Source: Myxococcales bacterium | Lineage (GTDB): Bacteria > Myxococcota_A > Polyangia > Polyangiales > DASUME01 | Direction of reading: 5' to 3' | Length of the DNA: 64,000 bases | Assembly: GCA_047601445.1 (NCBI GenBank) | Contig: JASGJH010000001.1 | Coordinates: 7,936,001-8,000,000, forward strand | Shown here: piece after piece, positions 1 to 9,723 of the stretch | Numbering within the stretch: position 1 is the first letter of the stretch | How the letters are laid out: each line of letters opens with the position of its first letter | Made by a program: the position numbers and the translations under genes | Notes under the pieces: generated by a model | Databases searched by the model: none | Seen by the model: the letters and a program-made list of their open reading frames with translations, nothing else | Told to the model about the DNA's origin: nothing

Positions 1-995
1 GCGTTCCCCACTCCTCGCTGACGCGGACAGGGGCGCTCGTGGGTACCCCCCACTACATGGCGCTCGAGCAGGTCGACGGTTCCAACCAGATCGACACCCG
101 TACCGACGTCTACGCCTTCGGCGTGCTGCTCTATCGGGCCCTGACGGGTTACTACCCCTTCGACGGCTCGAGTCTGGGCGAGGTCATCCTCAAGATCGGG
201 ACCAAGGACGCCCCCTCCATGCGCACGGTGCGGCCCGAGCTACCCGCGGGCCTGGACGCGGTGGTGTTGCGAGCCCTGTCGCGCAGCCGCGACCTACGCT
301 TCAGCAGCCTCGAGGAACTGGCCACCGCGCTCGAGCCGTTCTCTCCGGGCGTGCGCTTCCACCGCGAGGCGGGGCACTCGCGCTCCAGCGCTGGTGCGTC
401 GCGTGAGCAAAAGTTGATCACGCCGAACTTCGTGAGCGCCAGCGCCGCGGGCGTCCCAGCCGCATCGGGGGCCAGCGAACCGTCGGCGTCCTCCGTGCGC
501 ACCACGCCTTCTCCGAACCAGGAAGGCACGGGCCGCATGCGGACCGTGGGGGCTTTCTGGATCGGCGCCGGTTTGGCCTTGGTGGTGTTGGTGGGTGGAG
601 CGATCTGGTTGGCGGGTCGGAGCCGCATCGCCGAAGCCCCGCTGCCCCCGGCACCGGTAGCCCCGGCTCCCGCCGCTCTGGAGCCCCTCGACGCACCCGA
701 GCCCGCCCACGCGGAGCCGGCAACCGCGCTCGCACCGACGCAGCCTTCGCAGGCCGCGGATCCCGCTGCCGTCATGCCCACGCCGGTCGACCAACCGGCC
801 GAGGTCGTGGAACCTGTGCCCGGAACGCCCGACGTCGTGCAAGTCCCGGTTGCAGCCCCTGCAGTCACCAACAACAGTTCAGCGCGTGAGCCAAAGCGTG
901 TTAAACGCGACCTCCATCGCCACGATGATGCCCCAGCTGGCCAGCAGCGCATTCCTGGGGAACGAACCAAGGGACTCTCTAGCGATGAATTCTGA
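1..995 (+). CDS. Hanks-type Ser/Thr protein kinase, C-terminal part (truncated by window start); kinase C-lobe, one TM helix, Pro/Ala-rich tail
   Basis: LTRTGALVGTPHYMALEQ (subdomain VIII), DVYAFGVLLY (IX), conserved Arg of XI, hydrophobic segment FWIGAGLALVVLVGGAIWL. Confidence 0.9.
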   Translation, partial: VPHSSLTRTGALVGTPHYMALEQVDGSNQIDTRTDVYAFGVLLYRALTGYYPFDGSSLGEVILKIGTKDAPSMRTVRPELPAGLDAVVLRALSRSRDLRFSSLEELATALEPFSPGVRFHREAGHSRSSAGASREQKLITPNFVSASAAGVPAASGASEPSASSVRTTPSPNQEGTGRMRTVGAFWIGAGLALVVLVGGAIWLAGRSRIAEAPLPPAPVAPAPAALEPLDAPEPAHAEPATALAPTQPSQAADPAAVMPTPVDQPAEVVEPVPGTPDVVQVPVAAPAVTNNSSAREPKRVKRDLHRHDDAPAGQQRIPGERTKGLSSDEF

Positions 996-1020
996 TCCTG
1001 TGAGCGCTCGCTGCGCACGC

Positions 1021-2040
1021 ATGCTCCGTTTCCTGCTCCTCTGTTTGCTCGTCCTCGTCAGTTTTCCCGGTGGTGTCGGCGCCCAGGCCAAGGACGAAGC
1101 CGCCTACAAGGAGCTCATCGATCAAGCGCTGACCGAGTTCAAGCTCAAGAACTGGCCCGAAGCGCGCGTGCTCTTCCGGCGCGCCCACGAGCTCAACCCG
1201 AACGCACGCACCTTGCGCGGGCTCGGCGTGGTCTCCTTCGAGATGCGCGACTACCAGCAAGCGGTGCAGCACCTGAGCTACGCCCTGGTGGACACGCGCC
1301 AGCCCCTCACGGACGCCCAGCGCTCGGAGTGCGAGGGGCTCCTGGGCCGTGCGCGGACCTTCGTTGGAAGCTATTCGCTCCACCTCACGCCCGCGACCGC
1401 GCTGGCCACGCTCGATGGAGCCCCGCTGGTGCGCGATCATGACGGCCTCGTGCTGGTGCCCTTCGGCGACCACACGCTCAAGGCCAGCGCGGACAGGTTC
1501 CAGGACGGCACCGTCCGCATTCAGGTCCAGGGTGGAGAGCGCAGCGATCTCAACTTGGCTCTGGCGGCCGTCGGCGAGGCGCCCGTGCCGGTGGCCGTGG
1601 TGGCCGCGGCGCCGATGAACCCGGAGCCGATGACTTCGGGCTCTGCGACGGCGGTCACGTCCGGGCCGCAGCCCCAGCCGGTCGAAGCGCCGGCGGAGCG
1701 CAGTTTTCGCGGCGGAGGGCTCCGCTATAGCTATGTCGCCATGGGTGCAGGCCTGGTCTTTGGCGGCGCCGCGGTGGCTTTCTGGTACCTCGGGCAGAAC
1801 AAGCTCGACGACCTCAGTGCGCGCTGCGAAAGGCAGGCTGCCAGTGGGAGCCCGTGTCAGCGAGGCGATACCAACACCGACAGCGTGAAGACCTACGAGA
1901 AGCTCACGAACGCCTCGTTGGGGCTGGCCGTGGCGGGGGCCGTGGCTACGGGCGTGCTCGTGGCGCTCGAGTGGCCACGGGAGAAGAACCTCTCAGTGAA
2001 TGTCGGACTGCAAAGTGTGTCCTTGCGAGGAAGCTTCTGA
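1021..2040 (+). CDS. Exported TPR protein with PEGA-like domain and C-terminal hydrophobic helices
   Basis: Signal peptide MLRFLLLCLLVLV; TPR-like FRRAHELNPNARTLRGLG; ATLDGAPL..GDHTLKAS PEGA-like segment; start codon uncertain. Confidence 0.75.
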   Translation: MLRFLLLCLLVLVSFPGGVGAQAKDEAAYKELIDQALTEFKLKNWPEARVLFRRAHELNPNARTLRGLGVVSFEMRDYQQAVQHLSYALVDTRQPLTDAQRSECEGLLGRARTFVGSYSLHLTPATALATLDGAPLVRDHDGLVLVPFGDHTLKASADRFQDGTVRIQVQGGERSDLNLALAAVGEAPVPVAVVAAAPMNPEPMTSGSATAVTSGPQPQPVEAPAERSFRGGGLRYSYVAMGAGLVFGGAAVAFWYLGQNKLDDLSARCERQAASGSPCQRGDTNTDSVKTYEKLTNASLGLAVAGAVATGVLVALEWPREKNLSVNVGLQSVSLRGSF

Positions 2041-2044
2041 AGCC

Positions 2045-3328
2045 ATGACGCGTCGCGCTTCTCCTCAACCTGCGTTTCTCTGCTCGCGCGCCCAAGGGCG
2101 CTCGTTTCTCTGCTCGCGCGCCCAAGGGCGCTCGTTTCTCTGCTCGCGCGCCCAAGGGCGCTCGTTTCTCTGCTCGCGCGCCCAAGGGCGCTCGTTTCTC
2201 TGCTCGCGCGCCCAAGGGCGCGCTTCGACGCTCGCGGCGGCGCTCGTCGCGAGCTCCGTCCTCGGTGGCTGTCGCTACGACCTCGACAAGCTCTTCGAGG
2301 GACAGGTGCTCGACGGCGGACCCGACTTGCCGGTGCCCGACCAGCTCATCGAGTTCTGGAAGGACAAGCCCTTCAGCCTCTACAGCGACGCCTGTGCCGC
2401 CTGTGCCACCGCCCAGTGCGGCGCGGCGAACGCAGCCTGCAAGGCCGACCCCGAGTGCGTCGAGTTCACGCGCTGCATCGCCGCGAGCACGGACCCCGGA
2501 ACGCAGTCGGCCTGCCGCGCTCAGTTCGCCCCCTGGCTCAGCGAGGACGTGGTCGGTCGTGATCTCGGCGGTCCTTACCAGCAGTGCGTCATGCAGGATC
2601 AATGCAGCGAGCAATGCGGTGCGCGCACCAATTTCGAGTGCGTGGGCAAATACACCTGGCCCACCACCAACGACACGGTCGTGCCCTTCCGCTTTCGCTT
2701 CAGCGAGGCTTTCACGCAGGAAGTCGTCACGGACATGGAGGTCAAGGTTTGTCGCGCCGACGACCTCTACTGTGAGTCGCCCATCGACGTGCAACACACG
2801 GACGCGAGCGGCGAGGTCGCGCTCGGATTGCGCACCTCCTTCCGCACCTTCCAGGGCTATCTCGAACTCAACAAGCAGACCGGCGACGCCAACAAGTCCA
2901 TCTATCCTTCACTGGTGCGGCTGGGCTGGCCGATCAGCGAGGAAGGCGTCACCAACGTCAACGTGATCAACGAGGCCTCGGTGGCGCTCAACGTGGCCAT
3001 TTCGATGGTCGACCCGGACCCCATGCGCGGCCTTCTGCAGGTGCGCTTTCAGTCCTGCTCGGGGTTGGCGGCGCCCGGCGTCTCCTTCACCACCAACCCC
3101 ACCGACGCGGCCTCCGCGTACTGGTACGCGGGTCCCGATGGCATCCCGAATTTCAAGGAAACCAAGAGCTACAACATCGGTGCAGGCGGCGTGATCAACG
3201 CCATCGAAGGTCGCCACATCATCACGGCGACCCGCGCGTCGGACGGCATCAAGCTATCCGAGACCGCGGCACCCGTGCGCAAGGGCTACATGACCATCGT
3301 GCTCATCTCGCCGATGGGCACCAACTGA
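2045..3328 (+). CDS. Cys-rich lipoprotein, hypothetical
   Basis: Lipobox VLGGC; CAACATAQC..C..C cluster; follows TPR gene by 4 nt. Confidence 0.75.
   Translation: MTRRASPQPAFLCSRAQGRSFLCSRAQGRSFLCSRAQGRSFLCSRAQGRSFLCSRAQGRASTLAAALVASSVLGGCRYDLDKLFEGQVLDGGPDLPVPDQLIEFWKDKPFSLYSDACAACATAQCGAANAACKADPECVEFTRCIAASTDPGTQSACRAQFAPWLSEDVVGRDLGGPYQQCVMQDQCSEQCGARTNFECVGKYTWPTTNDTVVPFRFRFSEAFTQEVVTDMEVKVCRADDLYCESPIDVQHTDASGEVALGLRTSFRTFQGYLELNKQTGDANKSIYPSLVRLGWPISEEGVTNVNVINEASVALNVAISMVDPDPMRGLLQVRFQSCSGLAAPGVSFTTNPTDAASAYWYAGPDGIPNFKETKSYNIGAGGVINAIEGRHIITATRASDGIKLSETAAPVRKGYMTIVLISPMGTN
2071..2220 (+). repeat. 30-bp tandem repeat x5 encoding (SFLCSRAQGR)n in the lipoprotein signal n-region
   Basis: Unit CTCGTTTCTCTGCTCGCGCGCCCAAGGGCG; four identical copies plus one differing in the first 2 nt. 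Confidence 0.95.
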
Positions 3329-3635
3329 CGCCGAGCCCTTTGCAGGCGAGCTCACCACGACCGGGAGCCCAGCGAGTCGCCGTCGAGCGTGAAGCCAGCG
3401 TCTGAAGCCGGGCGCTCGAGGCCCGAGCCATCGCTCAAGTGACCGAATATATGCGCTCTTTTCCGGATGCGACACGGGCCGGAGAATGACCGCGCGTGGT
3501 GCCGCGTCGTGGTCCCTGGGAAGAGGGGCCGCGGCACCGCGTGTTGCCCTCGAGAAGGTCCTCCCGCACGGGCTCCCGTGCCTGCCCGCGCGCAAATCTG
3601 GAGTCTCGTGGGGATTGGCGTAAGGTGGCCAGCAA

Positions 3636-4478
3636 ATGCGAAAGAGCGCGATTTTTTCGACGTTGGTCCTGGTCCTAGGGGCTCCTTCGCTGGGGCTCGG
3701 CCAGGTGGGCGAGCACGGACGCATCAGCACCCGTTCGGACGTGAAGATGTCCATCGAGGGCGCACCTGGCACGAGCGGTCCCAAGCTCGACGCCATGGCG
3801 AAGCACCTGGGGACCCCGCTGGGCGAGGTCAAGCGCTGCTACGCGGACGTCGTGAAGGAGCACCCGGACGTGGTGGGCACGCTGCACGTCACGCTCGAGC
3901 TGCGCGAAGGCAAGGGCGCCCCCGCAGTGCAGGTACCGGACGCGGTGGGCAAGCTGAAGCCGATGGACAAGTGCATCGACAAAGCCTTCGGCAAGCTCGA
4001 CATGTCCGAGGTGCCGAGACCGGCTGCGGCCAAGGTGATCTTGGAGCTCACCAACAGTGCCGCCCACGCGGTGGAGGACGTGCGCGCCAAGGGCGATGAA
4101 GCTTCACGCGTGGACGTGACCACCAACCCCGATGGCAGCTTCGAAGCCAAGGGACAGAGCCTCGAGGGCGAAGTCAGCTACCGCGTACGCTCGAAGGACA
4201 AAGAAGGCGCCAAGCTCGTGGAGGCCGTGTCCAAGAAGATCCGCGATTCACTGCCGGGGCTGTTCGATTGTCGCCGGCGTGCCAGCAAGAAGGACTCGCC
4301 CGAGGGAGATCTGGTGTTCAAGGCCAAGTTGAGCCCGAGCGCTCCCGCTACCGTCGACTTCGTGTCGACCACCGTCAAGAACGAGCGCGCTCCCTTCTGC
4401 TCCACGAATGCGATCAAGCCCGCGTTGGCGAAGGTTGGCCGGGGCACCGCCGAGATCACCATTCACTTCGCGCCCTGA
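3636..4478 (+). CDS. Exported protein with AgmX/PglI C-terminal (TonB-C-like) domains
   Basis: Signal peptide; VKRCYADVVKEHPDVVGTLHVTLEL...CIDKAF pattern and a second similar Cys-paired domain. Confidence 0.65.
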   Translation: MRKSAIFSTLVLVLGAPSLGLGQVGEHGRISTRSDVKMSIEGAPGTSGPKLDAMAKHLGTPLGEVKRCYADVVKEHPDVVGTLHVTLELREGKGAPAVQVPDAVGKLKPMDKCIDKAFGKLDMSEVPRPAAAKVILELTNSAAHAVEDVRAKGDEASRVDVTTNPDGSFEAKGQSLEGEVSYRVRSKDKEGAKLVEAVSKKIRDSLPGLFDCRRRASKKDSPEGDLVFKAKLSPSAPATVDFVSTTVKNERAPFCSTNAIKPALAKVGRGTAEITIHFAP

Positions 4479-4502
4479 CCCGCCTGAGCGCGCCGCCGCA
4501 GC

Positions 4503-5291
4503 TCAACCGAAGATGAGCATGCTCTGGCTGCCGAGCGCGAGCGGGATGCCGCCCGGGCCCCACACCATCACGGACTGGCTCGTGTAGCCGTCACGTGCCG
4601 CCAGCAGCGACACGTCGAGGCGGAAGCCCGTGATCGGCAGCTGGTGGAAGCCGTCCGCGAGGAACTCGAGCATCCAGGTCAAGGTGCTGCCGGGAGAGGG
4701 CGTCTTCAGGTAGGTGAGCCCAATCGGCGCCGGGAAGTCTGCCGCCGCGATCACCATGGCCTCGCTGGCGGGCCCGCTGTCCTTGAAGGCGAGCTCGTAG
4801 ACGGCCTCGCGGGTCTCGATGCCCGCGAAGGGCACGCTGCCGCGCAAGAGGCGGGCCTCGAAGTGCTGCAGGAAGTTGGGCACGACGCCGGGTAGAAATG
4901 GCAGCGGCAGCGCCCGCTCCGTGCTCACGGGTGGCTGCTCGGGGGTCACGCGTACCACCGAGCTGCGGGCCTCCCCGAACACGCCGATCAGGCTCGCGCA
5001 GAGCGTGCCCCGCTCGAAGATGCGTGCTTCCACGTGCGTCGCGCTCTTGCCGGTGCGCAGCACCTGGGCGCTGATCTCGAGCTCACCCGCGATGGGCGCG
5101 ATGAAGGTCGCCTGCAGCGTGCGCAACGGGACGCTGGAAGGTACCAGTGCGCGCATGGCCTGCGCCGCGAAGGCAGCCTGCAAGCCCCCGAAGACGCTGC
5201 GACCTTGAGACCAGTCTGCGGGCACGCTCACGCGGAGCATGGGCCCATCGACGACGGCACTCGCCAGCAGCGCGGACAGGGGCGTGCTCAT
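4503..5291 (-). CDS. Acyl-CoA thioesterase family (double hot-dog, TesB-like)
   Basis: WSQGRSVFGGLQAA, LRTGKS, ADFPAP, STLTWMLEF motifs. Confidence 0.85.
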   Translation of the reverse strand: MSTPLSALLASAVVDGPMLRVSVPADWSQGRSVFGGLQAAFAAQAMRALVPSSVPLRTLQATFIAPIAGELEISAQVLRTGKSATHVEARIFERGTLCASLIGVFGEARSSVVRVTPEQPPVSTERALPLPFLPGVVPNFLQHFEARLLRGSVPFAGIETREAVYELAFKDSGPASEAMVIAAADFPAPIGLTYLKTPSPGSTLTWMLEFLADGFHQLPITGFRLDVSLLAARDGYTSQSVMVWGPGGIPLALGSQSMLIFG

Positions 5292-5299
5292 GACCTACC

Positions 5300-5623
5300 T
5301 CAGTGCCAGGCGGCGGCCTTCTTGATCGGCGTGTTGGTGCGGTCGTGCTCTTCCACGAGCGCCTTGGCCTTGTCGTAGCAACCCACGCAATGCGCGAAGT
5401 CGCTGCCGTGCTCGCAGCGGATGAAGTTGGCGCCGTCGGGCTCACCGAACATCTCGGCATCGAGGTGCTTGCCGCACGCGATGCAGTGGATGTGTTGGTG
5501 CTGGTGCTGATGCTGCTGCGGCGCACGTGCGGGTTGAGCCGCGCGTGCACTCCGTGCGGCGCCCGAGGGGTCGCCTTCAGACAGCTTGCGTTCCTTTTTG
5601 GTCAGTCTTTTTTCGCGCTTCAT
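5300..5623 (-). CDS. Small basic Cys/His-rich (putative Zn-binding) hypothetical protein
   Basis: HCIACG..CEHG..HCVGC; GGAG-like RBS upstream; co-oriented with thioesterase. Confidence 0.7.
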   Translation of the reverse strand: MKREKRLTKKERKLSEGDPSGAARSARAAQPARAPQQHQHQHQHIHCIACGKHLDAEMFGEPDGANFIRCEHGSDFAHCVGCYDKAKALVEEHDRTNTPIKKAAAWH

Positions 5624-5691
5624 AGGAGCTCCGAGGGGCCGTGTTGTGTCATGGAGTGCGGCACCCCGCTAGGTTCCGCTATGCTAGGCCG

Positions 5692-7869
5692 ATGCCAGAG
5701 GGTGGTGAAGGTGGGCGGGGCCACCCGCGCGCAGCACATGGTGGCACGCCGAGTGTGCGCGAGGAGGGGGGACCTGCGGGTGACCACCAAACTACGGTCC
5801 AGGAAGCCTTCGACCTCGCCGCGCTGAACCGCGGTAACCTGGGGCTTCGTCTCGCGGATGTCACACTCGGCGCGCGGGTCGAAGCGCTGCTCGCGCGCTT
5901 CAGCTTGGATCAGAAGCTCGCCCAGATGCACGGTGAGTCCAGCGATCCGTGGGAGCAGGTCTTCACGACACGTGACGAGCCCGCGCTCGGGGTGCTCGGC
6001 TTTCGCATGGTCGATGGGCCCCGTGGCGTGAGGGCGGGGCTGGCGACCACCTTTCCGGTCGCCTTGGCGCGCGGCGCCACCTGGAATCCGGAGCTCGAGG
6101 CGCGCGTGGGGCAGGCCATCGCACGCGAAGCGCGGGCGCGCGGGGCCAATGTGTTGCTGGCGCCGGCCATCAATCTGTTGCGCCACCCGGGCTGGGGGCG
6201 CGCGCAGGAAACCTACGGTGAGGACTCGCTGCACGTGGGGCGCATGGGCGCGGCGTTCATCGCGGGAGCCCAGCGAGAGCTGATCGCCAGCGTGAAACAC
6301 CTGGCCCTCAACAGCATCGAGGACACGCGCTTTCAGGTGGATGTCCGCGTGGGCGAGCGAAGCCTGCGCGAGGTGTACTTGCCGCACTTCGAGTACTGCG
6401 TGCGCGAGGCTCACGTGGGGTCCGTGATGAGCGCCTACAACAAGGTCAATGGAGCTTACTGCGCAGAGAACATGCGCTTGCTCCACGATCTCTTGAAGGA
6501 CGAGTGGGGCTTCCGCGGCTTCGTCGAGTCCGACTGGGTTTTCGGCACGCGCAGCACGGAGCCTTCCCTGCGGGCCGGGCTCGACGTGGAGATGCCGAGT
6601 GCCAAACACTATGGCGAGGCCCTGGGAAAGGCGTTGCGCGCTGGACGCGTGACGCAGCGGGCGATCGACGAGGCGGTGCGGCGCATCTTGCGGGTCAAGC
6701 TGGCCTTCGGCCTGGTAGAGGGCGAGTCCGCAGCGCCGCCCGCTCCCGACGTGTCCGTGATCGAATGTGCGGCGCACCAGGACCTGGCCCTGGAGGTCGC
6801 CCAGCAGTCCCTGGTGCTGCTCAAGAACGAGGGAGACGTGCTCCCGCTCGCGACCGAAGGCGCCGGCGCGGTGGCCGTGGTCGGTCAGTTGGCCGGCGAA
6901 GAGAACACCGGTGACCACGGCTCGAGCAGCGTGAGCTCGAGCTTCGTGATCGGGGCGCTCGAGGGCATCGCGGACCGCCTGGGAGCGGGGCGCGTGAAGG
7001 CCATGCCGCGTGACGTGCTCGACGACGGCGATCGCGCGGCGCTGCGCGCGTGTCGCGCGGCGGTCGTGGTGGTGGGGCTGAACTGGCGCGATGAAGGAGA
7101 GCTGATCCCGTTCATCCAGGGCGGTGGGGATCGCGACACGCTCATGCTCTCCGAGCGCCACCGGGAGTTGGTCCGCGAGGTGGCCCAGCTGGTGCCGCGC
7201 ACGGTGGTGGTGCTCCAGGCCGGCAGTGCCGTCGAAGTGCGGGACTTCGTCGATCGCGTCCCCGCGCTCCTGATGGCCTGGTATCCGGGCATGCTGGGAG
7301 GCGAGGCGCTGGCTGACGTGCTGTTCGGCGTGCGCAGCCCGAGCGGCAAGCTGCCCGTGAGCATCCCGCGCAGCGCGCACGACTTGGTGCCCTTCGACCA
7401 CCGCTCCCTGCGCGTGCACTACGGGTTCGACCACGGCTACCGGCACCTCGACCTGCACGGCTGCGAGGCCGAGTTTCCCTTCGGCTTTGGGCTCAGCTAC
7501 ACGCGCTTCCGCTACGACGACATCGCGCTGTCGATGCCGACTCTCGAGCGCCTCGCGGAGGACGAGGAGCTCTGCGTGAGCGTGACGGTCACCAACGTCG
7601 GCGCACGCGCGGGCACGGAGGTGGTGCAGCTCTATCTCAGCTGCGAAGCGAGCGCCCACTACCGGTCTCCGAAGGTGCTCGTGGGCTTTGGGCGCCTGAG
7701 CCTGGAGCCCGGCGAGACGAGGCAACTTCACATGCGGCTCGGGACGCGCGAGCTGCGTTACTACGATGTGGTCCGTGAGCGCTTCGAAGTGGAGCGCACG
7801 ACCTATCTGCTGCGTGCGGGCCCGGACTCCCAGCGGCTGCCGCTCTCGGCCCGCTTCAGCGTGACCTGA
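5692..7869 (+). CDS. Glycoside hydrolase family 3 beta-glucosidase with C-terminal Fn3-like domain
   Basis: DGPRG, GRAQETYGED, KHLA, MSAYN, GFVESDW (nucleophile), FPFGFGLSYT, EVVQLY; start uncertain. Confidence 0.92.
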   Translation: MPEGGEGGRGHPRAAHGGTPSVREEGGPAGDHQTTVQEAFDLAALNRGNLGLRLADVTLGARVEALLARFSLDQKLAQMHGESSDPWEQVFTTRDEPALGVLGFRMVDGPRGVRAGLATTFPVALARGATWNPELEARVGQAIAREARARGANVLLAPAINLLRHPGWGRAQETYGEDSLHVGRMGAAFIAGAQRELIASVKHLALNSIEDTRFQVDVRVGERSLREVYLPHFEYCVREAHVGSVMSAYNKVNGAYCAENMRLLHDLLKDEWGFRGFVESDWVFGTRSTEPSLRAGLDVEMPSAKHYGEALGKALRAGRVTQRAIDEAVRRILRVKLAFGLVEGESAAPPAPDVSVIECAAHQDLALEVAQQSLVLLKNEGDVLPLATEGAGAVAVVGQLAGEENTGDHGSSSVSSSFVIGALEGIADRLGAGRVKAMPRDVLDDGDRAALRACRAAVVVVGLNWRDEGELIPFIQGGGDRDTLMLSERHRELVREVAQLVPRTVVVLQAGSAVEVRDFVDRVPALLMAWYPGMLGGEALADVLFGVRSPSGKLPVSIPRSAHDLVPFDHRSLRVHYGFDHGYRHLDLHGCEAEFPFGFGLSYTRFRYDDIALSMPTLERLAEDEELCVSVTVTNVGARAGTEVVQLYLSCEASAHYRSPKVLVGFGRLSLEPGETRQLHMRLGTRELRYYDVVRERFEVERTTYLLRAGPDSQRLPLSARFSVT

Positions 7870-7894
7870 AGGGTGTCCCTCCAGGCCGCGCGCC

Positions 7895-9661
7895 TCACAT
7901 GACCTCGTCCCAGCGCGGCGAGGCAGCGAAGGCCGCGTGGATCAGGCCCACGTGCGAGTAGGCCTGCGGGAAGTTGCCCCACATCTTCATGTTGGCGACG
8001 TCCCAGTCCTCCGACAAGAGGCCCAGTGGAGCGATGCAGTCCACTGCGTGACGAAGGGCCTCGCGCGCCTCCGACAGGCGCCCGGCCACGGCGAGCGCTT
8101 CCACCAGCCAGAACGTGCAGATGATGAAGGCCGCGGAGGGGATGCCCAGGCCGTCGTTGTGTCGGTAGCGGAGCAGCCAGCGCTCACGCCCGAGGTCACG
8201 CACGATGGCATCGATGGTCCCGTTCAGCAGGGGATCGCTGGTCTTGAAGAAGCGCAGCGAGATCGCCTGCAGCAGCGAGGCGTCCAGATCTTGTCCGCCG
8301 TAGCTTGCGACCAAGCTGTTGAGGTCTGGGTTGTGGGCCTTGGTGAGGATCTCCTCGCGGATGCGCTGCGCGGCGGCCACGTACTCGGGGTTGCGGGTGG
8401 GGGCGTGACGCGCGGCGACCTTGGCCATGCGGTCGGCGGCGGCCCAGCACATCAAGGTCGAGAACGTCTGCGGCTCCCACTCCTTGCGCACTTCCCAGAT
8501 GCCTGCGTCCGGCGTGCCGGCCACACTGACGGCCTTGTTGGTGAGCGAGAACAGCAGGTCGAGTGTGGAGCGCGTCTGCTCTTCCTTGAAGCGGTCGTCG
8601 AGGAAGACAGGCGCCAGAGCCAACACCATTTCCCCGAAGATGTCATGTTGCTGGTGCACCGCCGCGCCATTGCCGATGCGTACCGGCCCGTCTCCGTTGA
8701 AGCCCGGCCAGTGCGGCAAGATGTGCTCCTCGAGATCGGCCCGTCCGTCCACGCGATAGAGCGGCGCCAGGGCCAGGTCGGGCGTGGAGCCGGCGATGCT
8801 CAACAGATAGTGCACGAATTGCTCGCGCTCCTCGAAGTGACCGAGCAGGCGAAACGCGTCGAGCACGTAGTATGCGTCGCGCAGCCAGCAGAAGCGATAG
8901 TCCCAGTTGCGGCCGCTGCCCTTGTGCTCTGGGATCGAGGTGGTGAGGGCCGCCACGATGGCGCCGGTGTCTTCGAAGCAGTGCAGCTTGAGCGCCAGGG
9001 CCGAGCGGATCACTTGCTGCTGCAGCACGGGCGGCACGTCGCAGTGCTTCACCCAGCGTTGCCAGTAGCGTACCGTCTCGTCGAGAAAGCGATGGCAGAG
9101 CGACGGCAGCGACTCCTGCACTGGCTCGCCCCACGAGAGCACCATGTGCTTGCGCGAGGTGAGCGCGAAGGGCAGGCCGTCGACATAGGAGAGCGGGACA
9201 TCCGTGGTGAGGCGTAGTTCGCTCGGGAAGCCCGCGTAGGACACGTGGTTCGAGCCGATGTCGCGCGCGGGGACCTTGTTCGACCAGCCGAGGCGCGGAT
9301 CGCAGTTCACCTTGATCTGCGGCGTGCCGGTGAGCGGCTCCACGATGCGCACGATCTTGGTGGGGCGAAACATGCGGTCGAACTGCTGGAAGCGCGGCGC
9401 GAAGTCCAGCACGCGGAACGAGCCGTCCCGACCCGAGAAGCGTGTCTCGAGCACGTTCGTGTTGTCGAGGTAGCGCTGCACGCCGGGGCTGCCATCGGCG
9501 GGCGAGATGCGGAACGCGCCGCCGTTGGGCTCGTCGAGCAAGCTGCCGAAGATGGGCTCCGAGTCGAAGCGCGGCATGCAGCAGAAGACGATGGAGCCAG
9601 AGCGTTCCACGAGGGCGGCGAACTGGCAGTTGCCGATGACACCGATGTTCTCGAGTTCCAC
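7895..9661 (-). CDS. Glycoside hydrolase family 15 (trehalase/glucoamylase-like)
   Basis: IGNCQFAALV, AALTTSIPE, RNWDYRFCWLRDA, GIWE, GNFPQAYSH. Confidence 0.93.
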   Translation of the reverse strand: MELENIGVIGNCQFAALVERSGSIVFCCMPRFDSEPIFGSLLDEPNGGAFRISPADGSPGVQRYLDNTNVLETRFSGRDGSFRVLDFAPRFQQFDRMFRPTKIVRIVEPLTGTPQIKVNCDPRLGWSNKVPARDIGSNHVSYAGFPSELRLTTDVPLSYVDGLPFALTSRKHMVLSWGEPVQESLPSLCHRFLDETVRYWQRWVKHCDVPPVLQQQVIRSALALKLHCFEDTGAIVAALTTSIPEHKGSGRNWDYRFCWLRDAYYVLDAFRLLGHFEEREQFVHYLLSIAGSTPDLALAPLYRVDGRADLEEHILPHWPGFNGDGPVRIGNGAAVHQQHDIFGEMVLALAPVFLDDRFKEEQTRSTLDLLFSLTNKAVSVAGTPDAGIWEVRKEWEPQTFSTLMCWAAADRMAKVAARHAPTRNPEYVAAAQRIREEILTKAHNPDLNSLVASYGGQDLDASLLQAISLRFFKTSDPLLNGTIDAIVRDLGRERWLLRYRHNDGLGIPSAAFIICTFWLVEALAVAGRLSEAREALRHAVDCIAPLGLLSEDWDVANMKMWGNFPQAYSHVGLIHAAFAASPRWDEVM

Positions 9662-9680
9662 CTTCCAAGCCTAGCAACAG

Positions 9681-9704
9681 TTTTCTTTGGATATCCAACA
9701 AAAA
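9681..9704. promoter_or_regulatory. Palindromic candidate operator in the divergent GH15/otsA promoter region
   Basis: TTTTCTTTGGATATCCAACAAAAA; perfect 12-bp core TTGGATATCCAA at 9687-9698 in a 62-bp AT-rich gap. Confidence 0.65.
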
Positions 9705-9723
9705 TATGCTCCACTGAACTTCC

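Noticed and set aside
2071..2220. CRISPR-like 30-bp repeats
   Set aside because: Repeats are directly adjacent with no spacers and lie in frame within a CDS.
3329..3635. Possible structured RNA in a 307-bp intergenic gap (hairpin about 3498-3538)
   Set aside because: A GC-rich stem of this size is expected by chance, and no riboswitch or ncRNA consensus was recognised.
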